Positions 20,925 to 29,567 of a DNA stretch of 64,000 nt are shown one piece after another; the first letter of the stretch is position 1; each line of letters opens with the position of its first letter. This DNA comes from Anaeromyxobacteraceae bacterium (GTDB lineage Bacteria; Myxococcota; Myxococcia; Myxococcales; Anaeromyxobacteraceae), in contig JAULAX010000018.1 of NCBI GenBank assembly GCA_032654565.1, positions 320,001 through 384,000 of the forward strand, given 5' to 3'. The notes under the pieces are model-generated. The model had not been told where the DNA came from and did not search any database. It worked only from the letters and a program-made list of their open reading frames with translations. A program made the position numbers and the translations under genes.

Positions 20925-22104
20925 CCGCCGGCGGCTCCTGCCGCTGCTCCTCGCCGTCGCCGCCTGTGGCGGCCGGGTCCGGCGCCCCCGCCGTCGATCC
21001 CGGCCTGCTGCTCCCCAACGTCCTCCCCGTCAGCGTCAACGGCGCCGGCTGCTCCGCCGGCTCCTACCTCAACAAGCCCTGCGTCAGCGCCACCGTCTGC
21101 GTCCCCGGCACCACCACCTGCCAGGTGATCAACGACCTGCTCCTCGACACCGGCAGCACCGGCCTGCGGGTCTTCTCGCAGGTGCTGACGCTGGCGCTGC
21201 CGCAGGTCTCGCGCGGCGGCGTCCCGGTGGCGGAGTGCGTCGGCTACCTCGACGGCTCCTCGCAGTGGGGTCCGGTGGTCCAGGCCGACGTGGTGCTCGG
21301 CGGTGAGCCGGCGGTGCGGGTCTCCATGCACCGGCTCGACGCCACCTTCGGCGTGCGCCCCTCCGCCTGCAGCGCCGCCACGACCGGCCCGGCCGCGGCC
21401 GGCTTCAACGGCATCCTCGGGCTGGGGAACTGGGTGGAGGACTGCGGCGCCGCCTGCGCCACCGCCCCCAACAACGGCCTCTACTTCACCTGCGCCAGCG
21501 GCGGCGGTTGCACTCCCACCGCCCTCGCCACCGCCTCCCAGGTGCAGAACCCGGTGTCGGCGCTGCCCGCCGACAACAACGGCGTGGTGGTCAGGCTCCC
21601 GGCGGTGCCGGGATCGGGGGGCGGCGCGGTGGAGGGGCACGTGATCCTCGGCATCGGCACCCGGAGCAACAACCTCCCCCCCCCGACGGTCCGGGCCTAC
21701 CCGCTCGACGGGTTCGGCGAGTTCAAGACCACGCTGGGCGGCGTCACCGTGGGGGCCTTCGTCGACACCGGCTCGAACGGCCTCTTCTTCGCCCCCCCGG
21801 CCGGCGCCGGCCTGATCAACTGCCCGTCGCCCGACGGCGCCTGGTTCTGCCCCGCCGCACCGGTGTCGCTCACCGCCACCAACGCCGGCGCAGGAGGTAC
21901 CCCCGCCGCCCCGGTCTCCTTCCAGATCGCGAGCATCCACAGCCTCAGCGCCAGCGTCGCCGTCTCTCCGCCCAGGTGGGCGGCTCGCAGCCGGCCGGCA
22001 GCGCCTTCGACTGGGGGCTGCCCTTCCACCTCGGCCGCGACGTCTACATCGGGCTGGAGGCGCACACCTCCAGCCTGGGCGCGGGGCCGCTGGTGGCTTA
22101 CTAG
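20911..22104 (+). pseudogene. DUF3443-like lipoprotein with two DTGS motifs, broken by two 1-bp frameshifts (~20974 and ~21966)
   Basis: The lipoprotein signal (..LLLAVAAC-GG) is in frame 20911. The body (LLDTGSTGLR, NGILG, QVQNPV, DNNG, FVDTGSNG) is in frame 20921. The C-terminus (FDWGLPFHLGRDVYIG...GPLVAY) is in frame 21508. Confidence 0.75.
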
Positions 22105-22871
22105 GAAGCGGGCCCCTCGGTGGGCAGCTCCACGCCCAGCAGGTCGAGGATCCCGGCGATGATGCTGAGCGGGTGGGGCGGGCAGCCGGGCACGTAGAGC
22201 ACCGGCACCTCCCGCCCCAGGAACTGGCGGGCCAGCACCGTCGAGCCGGCGTAGGGGCCGCCGGAGATGGCGCAGGCGCCGACCGCGACCACGAACCTCG
22301 GCGCCGGCATCCCCGCCCAGGCCAGCTCCAGCGCCTCGCGCATGTTGGCGGTGAGCGGCCCGGTGAGCACCAGCCCGTCGGCGTGGCGCGGCGAGGCCAC
22401 GAACTCGATGCCGAAGCGCCCCAGGTCGAAGTTGACGTTGCCGAGCGCGTTGAGCTCCAGCTCGCAGCCGTTGCAGCCGCCGCTGGAGACCGAGCGGAGC
22501 TTGAGCGAGCGGCCGAAGAGGTCGGCCAGCGCCTTCGACACCGCCACCGCCGGCAGGGCGGCGCGCCCCTCCTGCACCACCAGCCCCTCCGGCGAGTCGC
22601 CGGCCATCCGGTGCTCGGGGGTGAACTCGATGCGCCCCGGCGGGCAGGCCTGGGCGCAGCCGTCGCAGAAGACGCAGCGCCCCAGGTCGAGCCGCAGCGG
22701 CGCCAGGGCGATGGCCGTGGTCGGGCAGGCGTCGAGGCAGGCGCGGCACCCCTCCGGGCAGGGCTCGCCCTTCAGCACCGGGAGGCCGCGGAAGCCCCGG
22801 GCGGTGGCGGCGCGCAGGTCGGGGAGGTACTGGCGCCCCTGCGAGCGCCGGACCTTGAGGGCCTTCAGCAT
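22101..22871 (-). CDS. Ehr/Hyf complex copy A small subunit (NuoB/HyfI-like) fused to a 2x[4Fe-4S] domain
   Basis: CPEGCRACLDACP and CVFCDGCAQACP, then SGGCNGCELE, SPRHAD, GACA and PGCPP motifs. Confidence 0.9.
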   Translation of the reverse strand: MLKALKVRRSQGRQYLPDLRAATARGFRGLPVLKGEPCPEGCRACLDACPTTAIALAPLRLDLGRCVFCDGCAQACPPGRIEFTPEHRMAGDSPEGLVVQEGRAALPAVAVSKALADLFGRSLKLRSVSSGGCNGCELELNALGNVNFDLGRFGIEFVASPRHADGLVLTGPLTANMREALELAWAGMPAPRFVVAVGACAISGGPYAGSTVLARQFLGREVPVLYVPGCPPHPLSIIAGILDLLGVELPTEGPAS

Positions 22872-22886
22872 GGCGTGGTCACGGGG

Positions 22887-24353
22887 TCAGAGGTCATGGC
22901 CGCAGTAGGAGAGGTCGAAGCTCTTGTTGCAGATGGGGAAGTCGGAGATGTCGTTGCCGCGCAGCGACAGCGCCAGCCCGTGCCAGTTGCGCAGCGAGGG
23001 GTCCTGCACCTTGTAGTGGCGCAGCCGCCCGTCGGCGTCGGTCTCCAGGGCGTGCACCACCTCGCCGCGCCAGCTCTCGCGCAGGCCGATGGCCAGCGTC
23101 CGCGGCGCCAGCGGCCCCAGCGGCGCCGTGGCCGGGGCCACCCCGGGGTGGGCGTCGAGGGCGGCGCGGCACCAGCCGATCGACTGGCCGAGCTCGCGCA
23201 TGCGGACCAGGGCCCGGGCCAGGCAGTCGCCGCCGGGCTCCACCACCGGCGTCACCGGCAGGCGGGCGTGCAGCGCCCCCGGCAGGTCGGCGCGCAGGTC
23301 GATGGCCACGCCGCTGGCCCGGGCGGCGGCCCCCACCAGGCCGAGCTCCAGCGCCTGGGCGCGGGTCACCGTCCCCACCCCGTCGAGCCGGTGGCGCAGG
23401 CTCGACGAGGAGAGCATCCGGTCGTCGATGAGCCGCAGGTCGGCCTCGAGGAGCGAGAGGGCGGCGCGCAGGGTGTCGGCCTGCCCGCCGCGCAGCGTGC
23501 TGCGGAACCCGCCCGGCCTCACCCAGCCGCGGCCGAAGCGGCTGCCGCAGGCCTGCATGGTGGTGTTGATGGCGGTGGTGCGCAGCCGGCCGTAGCTGGC
23601 GGCCCCCTGCAGGAAGGCGACGTCGTTGGCCATTCCGGAGAGGCCGGCCAGGTGCATGCCGATCCGCTCCAGCTCCAGCCCCAGCCCGCGCCAGGTCTCC
23701 AGCGCCGGGGCCGGCGAGAAGGAGGCCAGCGCCTCGAGGGCGTCGGCGGAGGCCCAGGCGTGGGCCACGCTGGCGTCGCCGGCGATGGTCTCGACCAGCG
23801 GCGCCAGGGCGCGGGGATCCGGGCCCAGCAGCAGCGCCTCGACGCCCCGGTGCTGGTAACCGAGCTGGATCTCCAGGTGGTGGACCGTCTCGCCGAGGCA
23901 GGAGAAGCGGAAGTGGCCCGGCTCGATGACCCCGGCGTGGATGGGCCCCACCGCCACCTCGTGCACCTCCTTGCCCTCCAGCGAGTAGAAGGGGAAGCCG
24001 GTCATCCCGGCGGGGCCGGGGGAGGGGAAGCGCAGCGGCTTCAGCCAGGGGTGGAAGTGCGGCACCACCCCGTGCTGCTCGTGGAGCTCGCGCTCGAAGG
24101 CGTGGAGCGCCGGGTAGGCGGGGGTGAGGGCGTGGAAGCCCTGGCGCCGCTGCACCTCGGTGCGGAGCACCTCCAGCCGGCCCCCGGCCTCCAGCAGCAG
24201 GGTCAGGGTCAGGGCCGCGGGGTCGTCGGCGGGCTGGCCGTAGAAGGTGATGGCCCGGGCCCCGGCGCCGAGCCGGACCGCGGCGGCGTCGAAGAAGGCC
24301 CGGGCGTCGAGGCCGAGCGAGGCCACCGGGGCCAGGAAGGTGGCGGCGCTCAC
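22887..24353 (-). CDS. Ehr/Hyf complex copy A large subunit (NuoCD/HyfG-like), lacking NiFe CxxC motifs
   Basis: VAVGPIHAGVIEPGHFRF, LGYQHRG and ELERI motifs. ETIAGDASVAH stands where RxCGxC is expected. C-terminus is DFPICNKSFDLSYCGHDL. Confidence 0.9.
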   Translation of the reverse strand: MSAATFLAPVASLGLDARAFFDAAAVRLGAGARAITFYGQPADDPAALTLTLLLEAGGRLEVLRTEVQRRQGFHALTPAYPALHAFERELHEQHGVVPHFHPWLKPLRFPSPGPAGMTGFPFYSLEGKEVHEVAVGPIHAGVIEPGHFRFSCLGETVHHLEIQLGYQHRGVEALLLGPDPRALAPLVETIAGDASVAHAWASADALEALASFSPAPALETWRGLGLELERIGMHLAGLSGMANDVAFLQGAASYGRLRTTAINTTMQACGSRFGRGWVRPGGFRSTLRGGQADTLRAALSLLEADLRLIDDRMLSSSSLRHRLDGVGTVTRAQALELGLVGAAARASGVAIDLRADLPGALHARLPVTPVVEPGGDCLARALVRMRELGQSIGWCRAALDAHPGVAPATAPLGPLAPRTLAIGLRESWRGEVVHALETDADGRLRHYKVQDPSLRNWHGLALSLRGNDISDFPICNKSFDLSYCGHDL

Positions 24354-25789
24354 TGGCCCCCCAGGGTGAAGGCGACCTGCCGGAAGAGGGCGTTCACCGG
24401 CGCCGGCAGGTAGATGCCCATGGCCAGCAGGGCGCAGAGGAAGACCAGCTTGGGCAGGACGGTGACCGCGGTCTGGCTGGCCCAGTTCACCTTCTTCTTC
24501 GGCTCCCCCCAGATCATGGGGAAGACCGAGCGGCCGGTGGCGATGAAGGTGACGGTGAGGATGGCGCAGAAGGAGGCGAAGACCACGAAGTGCCCGGCGC
24601 TGATCAGGCCGCTCATGATGATCAGCTCGCCGAGGAAGCTGCCGAAGGGCGGGAAGCCGAGCAGGGCGAAGGTGCCGACGGTGAAGAACAGGCCGCTGTA
24701 GGGCATGTCCTTGATCAGGCCGGAGACCTCGGTGACGTCCTCGGTCTTGTAGTGCGCCTCGATCTTGCCGGCGGTGAGGAAGAGGATGGCCTTGATGAAG
24801 GCGTTGCTGACCGCGTAGAGCACCACGCCGTAGGCGGCGCTCCCCCCGATGCCGAGGCCGACGGCGATGACGCCGCCGTGGTTGAGCGAGGCGAAGGCGA
24901 TGAGCTTGACGTAGTTGCGGGTGGCGATGATCCCGAAGGAGGAGAGCGCCATGGTGGTCAGGCCCAGGGTCAGCAGGATGGGGCCGGCCAGGGCGCGGTC
25001 GCTGTCGCCGTAGGCCTGCAGCAGCCGCAGCACCGCCACCAGGGCCACGTTGAACTGGACGGCGCCGAGCAGGGCGGTCACCGAGGGCGAGGCGGCGTGG
25101 TAGGTCTCCGGCAGCCAGGTGTGCATGGGGGCCAGGCCGAGCTTGGTCCCGTAGCCGAGCAGCAGCAGCGCCAGCCCCACCCGGCGCCAGGCCTCGGGCG
25201 GCTGCCGGGCGGCCTCGCCGAGGCCGTCGAGGAAGAAGGAGACCTCGTGGCCGCGCCCCTCCAGGCCGTGGGCCAGGCAGGCGAAGCCGAGCAGGCTCAG
25301 CCCCAGCCCCACCGAGGAGAAGAGGAAGTAGCGCCAGGAGGCGCGCAGCCGGATGGGGGTGCAGCGGAACTGGATGAGCGGCACCGCCGCCAGGGTGGTG
25401 GCCTCCACCAGCGCCCACATGGCGATGACGTGGTTGGAGAGGATGGCCAGGTTGGCGGCGGCGATGAACAGCAGCATGAAGCCGGCCAGCCGCTCGACGC
25501 CCACCTGCAGCTCCGGGGTGTCGCGGACCCGCGTCCACAGGTAGGTGGCGATGCCGAGGAAGACCAGGTTGACCACCAGCACGAAGAGGCGGGAGGTGGC
25601 GTCGGCCACGAAGTAGCCGGCGCCGAACACCACCACCTCGGCGGCGGGGCGGGCGAAGGCGAAGTGGCTGGAGACGGCCACGTTCACCCCGCCGGCCAGC
25701 AGCAGCAGGTTGAGGATGCGCGGCCGGTAGGCGTGGCCGGCGCCCGGCGCCCGGAGCCCGGGGAACATGTCGGCGAGCAGCGTCCTCAT
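24350..25789 (-). CDS. Ehr/Hyf complex copy A antiporter-like subunit (HyfF-like)
   Basis: WALVEATTL, ASWRY, GYGTKLGLAPMHTWLP and GFPPFGSFLGE motifs; many TM helices. Confidence 0.9.
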   Translation of the reverse strand: MRTLLADMFPGLRAPGAGHAYRPRILNLLLLAGGVNVAVSSHFAFARPAAEVVVFGAGYFVADATSRLFVLVVNLVFLGIATYLWTRVRDTPELQVGVERLAGFMLLFIAAANLAILSNHVIAMWALVEATTLAAVPLIQFRCTPIRLRASWRYFLFSSVGLGLSLLGFACLAHGLEGRGHEVSFFLDGLGEAARQPPEAWRRVGLALLLLGYGTKLGLAPMHTWLPETYHAASPSVTALLGAVQFNVALVAVLRLLQAYGDSDRALAGPILLTLGLTTMALSSFGIIATRNYVKLIAFASLNHGGVIAVGLGIGGSAAYGVVLYAVSNAFIKAILFLTAGKIEAHYKTEDVTEVSGLIKDMPYSGLFFTVGTFALLGFPPFGSFLGELIIMSGLISAGHFVVFASFCAILTVTFIATGRSVFPMIWGEPKKKVNWASQTAVTVLPKLVFLCALLAMGIYLPAPVNALFRQVAFTLGGQ

Positions 25790-26415
25790 CGCCGCCGCTC
25801 CGCCGCCGGCTGCTCGGCGGGGCCGGCGGGGCCGGCGGCGCCCAGCTGCCGCAGGAAGCTCCCCAGCGTCAGGACCGAGAGGAAGAGGACGGCGGTGACC
25901 CCGAGCTGGACCGGCAGCCCCTGCTCGTGGCCCGCGGCCAGCTCGAAGAAGGCGATGGCGTACTCGACCCGGAGCACGCCGACCACCTGGCCGAAGGTGC
26001 TGGCCTGGGTGGCCAGCACCAGCAGGCCGAGCAGCAGGCCGGTGGTGGCCACGGCGACGTGGGTGGCCACCACCCCGCCGGCGGGGTGCAGCAGCGCCGC
26101 GAAGCGGAAGCCGACCAGCACCAGCGCCCCGGCCATGGTCCAGGAGAGCAGGTTGGCGGGGATGACGTCGCGCCGGGCCGGCCCCCCCAGCCCGCGCATG
26201 ACGGCGAAGAGGTGGCGCGGCACGAACCAGGTGCGCAGCACCAGCAGGTCGAGCAGCAGCAGCACGCCGCCGGCGGAGACGGTCCAGCCGCGCTGCGCCA
26301 CCATGGCGGTCATCAGCAGCCCCTGCAGCCCCAGCCCCACCAGGCTGAGCCGCCAGGAGCCGGTCAGCAGCGGCACCACCAGCACCACCAGCAGGGCCAC
26401 CATCAGGTAGGTCAC
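25786..26415 (-). CDS. Ehr/Hyf complex copy A small membrane subunit (divergent HyfE-like)
   Basis: Hydrophobic 209-aa protein with QGLL and QVVGVLRVEYAI. It sits at the position of HyfE, with 4-bp overlaps on both sides. Confidence 0.75.
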   Translation of the reverse strand: MTYLMVALLVVLVVPLLTGSWRLSLVGLGLQGLLMTAMVAQRGWTVSAGGVLLLLDLLVLRTWFVPRHLFAVMRGLGGPARRDVIPANLLSWTMAGALVLVGFRFAALLHPAGGVVATHVAVATTGLLLGLLVLATQASTFGQVVGVLRVEYAIAFFELAAGHEQGLPVQLGVTAVLFLSVLTLGSFLRQLGAAGPAGPAEQPAAERRR

Positions 26416-27341
26416 CGGCCACCGCCCTGCCACCAGGCCGTCACCAGCAGGGCCAGCGCCGCCGAGACCCCGCCCGCCAGCAGGTACTGGGGGATGACCT
26501 TGAGCTTGAGCCGGGCCACCAGCGACTCGACGAAGCCGACCGCCACCGCCACCCCCACCGTCAGCGCCAGGTGCACCGCCACCGAGCGGAGCAGGCCGTC
26601 GGCGGGGCGGAGCGGGTTGAGCATGGCGGCGACCAGCGCGGCGCCCAGGGTCAGCTTCATGGCCGCGGCGTACTGCACCGCGGCCAGGTCGGGGCCGGCG
26701 TGGTCCAGGATCATCACCTCGTGGATCATGGTGAGCTCGAGGTGGGTGGCCGGGTCGTCCACCGGGACCCGCGCCGTCTCCACCTGGAGGAAGATGAAGA
26801 GGGTGAGCAGCGTCCCCAGGCTGATGGCGGCCTGGGCCGGGCTGGCGAAGCCGACGTCGAGGATGGCGGAGAAGGAGGTCCGGCCGGTGGCCGCCGCCAG
26901 CGTCCCCAGGGCCAGGAAGAGGGCCGGCTCGAGCAGGGCGGCGTAGGTGGCCTCGCGGCTGGCCCCCATGCCCTCGAAGGCGCTCCCGGTGTCGAGCGCC
27001 GAGATCATCAGGAAGATCCGCCCCAGCCCCCACAGGTAGGCGAAGACCACGAAGTCGTACGGGAAGGCCAGCGGGGCGAAGCCGCCGAGGACTGGCGCCA
27101 CCAGGCCGGAGACCAGCGTGGTGGCCAGCACCACCAGCGGCCCGGCGGCGAAGAGCGGGGTGGTGACGGCGCTGTAGACCGGCCGCTTGCGCAGCAGGCG
27201 GCGCAGGTCGGCGAAGCCCTGCAGCAGGCGGGGCCCCTGGCGCCCGGCCCAGCGCGCCTTGGTGCGGTTGATGACCCCGACCATGGGGACGGGGAGGAGG
27301 AGCAGGGCGGCCACGTGGGCCAGCGTGAGCAGCGGCGTCAC
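26412..27341 (-). CDS. Ehr/Hyf complex copy A NuoH/HyfC-like membrane subunit
   Basis: GRQGPRLLQ, ALDTGSAFEGMGASRE and ETARVPVDDPATHLELTMIHEVM motifs. Confidence 0.9.
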   Translation of the reverse strand: MTPLLTLAHVAALLLLPVPMVGVINRTKARWAGRQGPRLLQGFADLRRLLRKRPVYSAVTTPLFAAGPLVVLATTLVSGLVAPVLGGFAPLAFPYDFVVFAYLWGLGRIFLMISALDTGSAFEGMGASREATYAALLEPALFLALGTLAAATGRTSFSAILDVGFASPAQAAISLGTLLTLFIFLQVETARVPVDDPATHLELTMIHEVMILDHAGPDLAAVQYAAAMKLTLGAALVAAMLNPLRPADGLLRSVAVHLALTVGVAVAVGFVESLVARLKLKVIPQYLLAGGVSAALALLVTAWWQGGGR

Positions 27342-29338
27342 GGGCCGGCTCCGGCGCCGGTGACCACCAGCCCCACCACCACCAGCAGCACCACCAGCCC
27401 GGCCGCCAGCGAGAAGCGGGGCTCGACGGGGATGCGGCGGGCCAGCCGGACCACCATGCCGTCGCCGTCGCCCATGACCTCGAACATCCGCTGCTCCACG
27501 GCGTCGACGCAGTGGGTCTGCAGGTGGTCGCCGCGCTCCGGGAACGGCCCCTGGGGGAGCCGCTCGCGGCGCAGGTGGCGCAGCACGGTGTCGAAGAGGC
27601 CGGTGAACTGCGCCGAGAAGGAGGTGCCGGTGTACTGCATGCGCGGCGTGGCGCCCACGTAGCCGCAGCCCCAGGTGACGTGTCGCGGCGCCGGCGCCCC
27701 GCGCAGCAGCCAGCGGCGCAGCAGGGCCAGGGCGGCCAGCACCAGCAGCAGCAGCAGCCCGACGCGGGTGATGGGGGTGAGCAGCAGGGCCAGGTCCAGG
27801 GCCGCCGGCCGCAGGGCGCCCCCGCCCAGCCCGAGGAAGAGCCGCACCGGCCGCTCGACGATGGCCAGGCCGAGCCCGGGCAGCAGCCCCAGGGCCAGCA
27901 CCCCGACGGCGTGCACCGCCATGGGCAGGTGCATCCAGGCCGGGCCGTCGCCCTCGCAGTGGACCGCGGCGTCGCGCGGCGTCCCCAGGAAGGCCAGGCC
28001 GAAGGCGCGGACCATGGCCAGCGCCGAGACCCCGCCCACGAAGGCCAGCAGCGCCGCGGCCACGGTGAAGGTGCCGCGCTCCAGTCCGGCCGGCGCCGCC
28101 TGGTTGAGGAGCCCGGCGTAGATGAGGAACTCGCTGACGAAGCCGTTGAAGGGCGGCAGGCCGGAGATGGCCAGCCCGCCCAGCAGGAAGAACCCGGCGG
28201 TCCAGGGCATGCGCCGGGCCAGCCCGCCCAGCCGCTCCAGGTCGACGGTGTGGGTGGCGCGGGCCACGGCCCCGGCCGCGTAGAAGAGCAGGCACTTGAA
28301 GAAGGCGTGGTTGAGCAGGTGCAGGATGCCGCCGGTGAAGCCCAGCACCACCAGCGCCGGCTGGTGCCAGGCCAGGCCCAGGGTGCCGACGCCGAAGCCG
28401 ATCCCGGCGATGCCGACGTTCTCGGTGGAGGAGTAGCCGAGCAGCCGCTTCAGGTCGCGCTGGGTGGTGGTGTAGAGCACGCCCATCAGCGCCGAGAGGG
28501 CGGAGAAGGCGATCACGTACCAGCCCATCCAGGCGTCGGGGGTGCCGAGGAGCAGGGTGAAGCGCAGCAGGCCGAAGAGCCCGGCCTTGTGGATGACCCC
28601 GGACATCAGCGCCGAGACGTGGGCCGGGGCGGCGGCGTGGGCGCGCGGCAGCCAGGTGTGGAAGGGGAAGAAGGCCGACTTGAGCCCGAAGGAGGTGACC
28701 AGCAGCACGAAGGTGACGTTGCGCAGCGTGCCCGGCGTGCGCAGGAAGGGGCCGAAGGCCTGGAAGTCCATGGAGCCGGTCTGGCTGTGCATCACCATGA
28801 AGGCGGCCAGCAGGAAGAAGAGGCCGATGTGCGTGGAGACCAGGTAGTTGAAGCCGGCGAAGCGGATGCGCTGGTTGCGGTAGTCCCAGACCACCAGCAG
28901 CCAGGCGGCCACCGCGGCGATCTCCCACCCCAGCAGGAAGGCGAAGGCGCTCTCCAGCGTGTAGATCATCACGAAGGAGAGGGCGGTGACGTTGAGCAGG
29001 GCGAACTGGACGCCGGCGTTGCGGGTGGCGAAGTACGGGCGCAGGTAGCCGACCGCGTAGACCGTCCCCAGCAGCGTCATGGGCAGCGACCAGGCCAGGA
29101 AGAAGGCGCTGAGCGGGTCGAGGTGCACGGCGATGACGTCGATGGGGTAGGACCAGGCCGCCGTGGAGCGCAGGTCGCCGCCGTCGAGCAGCACCGGGAG
29201 CACCGCGGCCAGCACCAGGCCGCAGGCCACCGCCTGCGAGGCGATGGCGGCCACCCCGCGCTGCAGGTTGTCGCGCAGCACCAGGGCCAGCAAGGCGCCG
29301 AGCAGCAGGACCATGGCCCCGGCCAGGAGGAGGTTCAT
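27338..29338 (-). CDS. Ehr/Hyf complex copy A large antiporter-like subunit (HyfB-like)
   Basis: FLLGWE, PFHTWLPRAHAAAPAHVSALMSG, DLKRLLGYSSTEN, NHAFFK and TWGCGY...TPRMQYT motifs. Confidence 0.92.
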   Translation of the reverse strand: MNLLLAGAMVLLLGALLALVLRDNLQRGVAAIASQAVACGLVLAAVLPVLLDGGDLRSTAAWSYPIDVIAVHLDPLSAFFLAWSLPMTLLGTVYAVGYLRPYFATRNAGVQFALLNVTALSFVMIYTLESAFAFLLGWEIAAVAAWLLVVWDYRNQRIRFAGFNYLVSTHIGLFFLLAAFMVMHSQTGSMDFQAFGPFLRTPGTLRNVTFVLLVTSFGLKSAFFPFHTWLPRAHAAAPAHVSALMSGVIHKAGLFGLLRFTLLLGTPDAWMGWYVIAFSALSALMGVLYTTTQRDLKRLLGYSSTENVGIAGIGFGVGTLGLAWHQPALVVLGFTGGILHLLNHAFFKCLLFYAAGAVARATHTVDLERLGGLARRMPWTAGFFLLGGLAISGLPPFNGFVSEFLIYAGLLNQAAPAGLERGTFTVAAALLAFVGGVSALAMVRAFGLAFLGTPRDAAVHCEGDGPAWMHLPMAVHAVGVLALGLLPGLGLAIVERPVRLFLGLGGGALRPAALDLALLLTPITRVGLLLLLVLAALALLRRWLLRGAPAPRHVTWGCGYVGATPRMQYTGTSFSAQFTGLFDTVLRHLRRERLPQGPFPERGDHLQTHCVDAVEQRMFEVMGDGDGMVVRLARRIPVEPRFSLAAGLVVLLVVVGLVVTGAGAGP

Positions 29339-29567
29339 CGCTCCGGCCCTTCCAGGGGCGCCACCGCCAGGCCCTGCCTTTCCCGCCGCATCTCTTCGTT
29401 CACCTCGAGGAGGCGCAGTCTAGTGCCGATGGGGCCCGGCGGCCAGCGCGCGCCGGCGCCCGACACGCTCCGTCGCACGGTTCACCTTGTCGCCCACCGC
29501 CTCGCGGCGGTACCGTCACGCACCGGAGGTCGAAGGCGGTTCGCCTGCCGTCCTCGCGGCGCGACCC

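Noticed and set aside
29424..29472. Possible fluoride (crcB) riboswitch upstream of Ehr copy B (GCCGATGGGGCCCGGC)
   Set aside because: The 5' part resembles the GGxGAUGGxGUUCxCC stem, but the conserved 3' CUxAUGxCxCCU element is not evident. Not called without an Infernal/Rfam hit.
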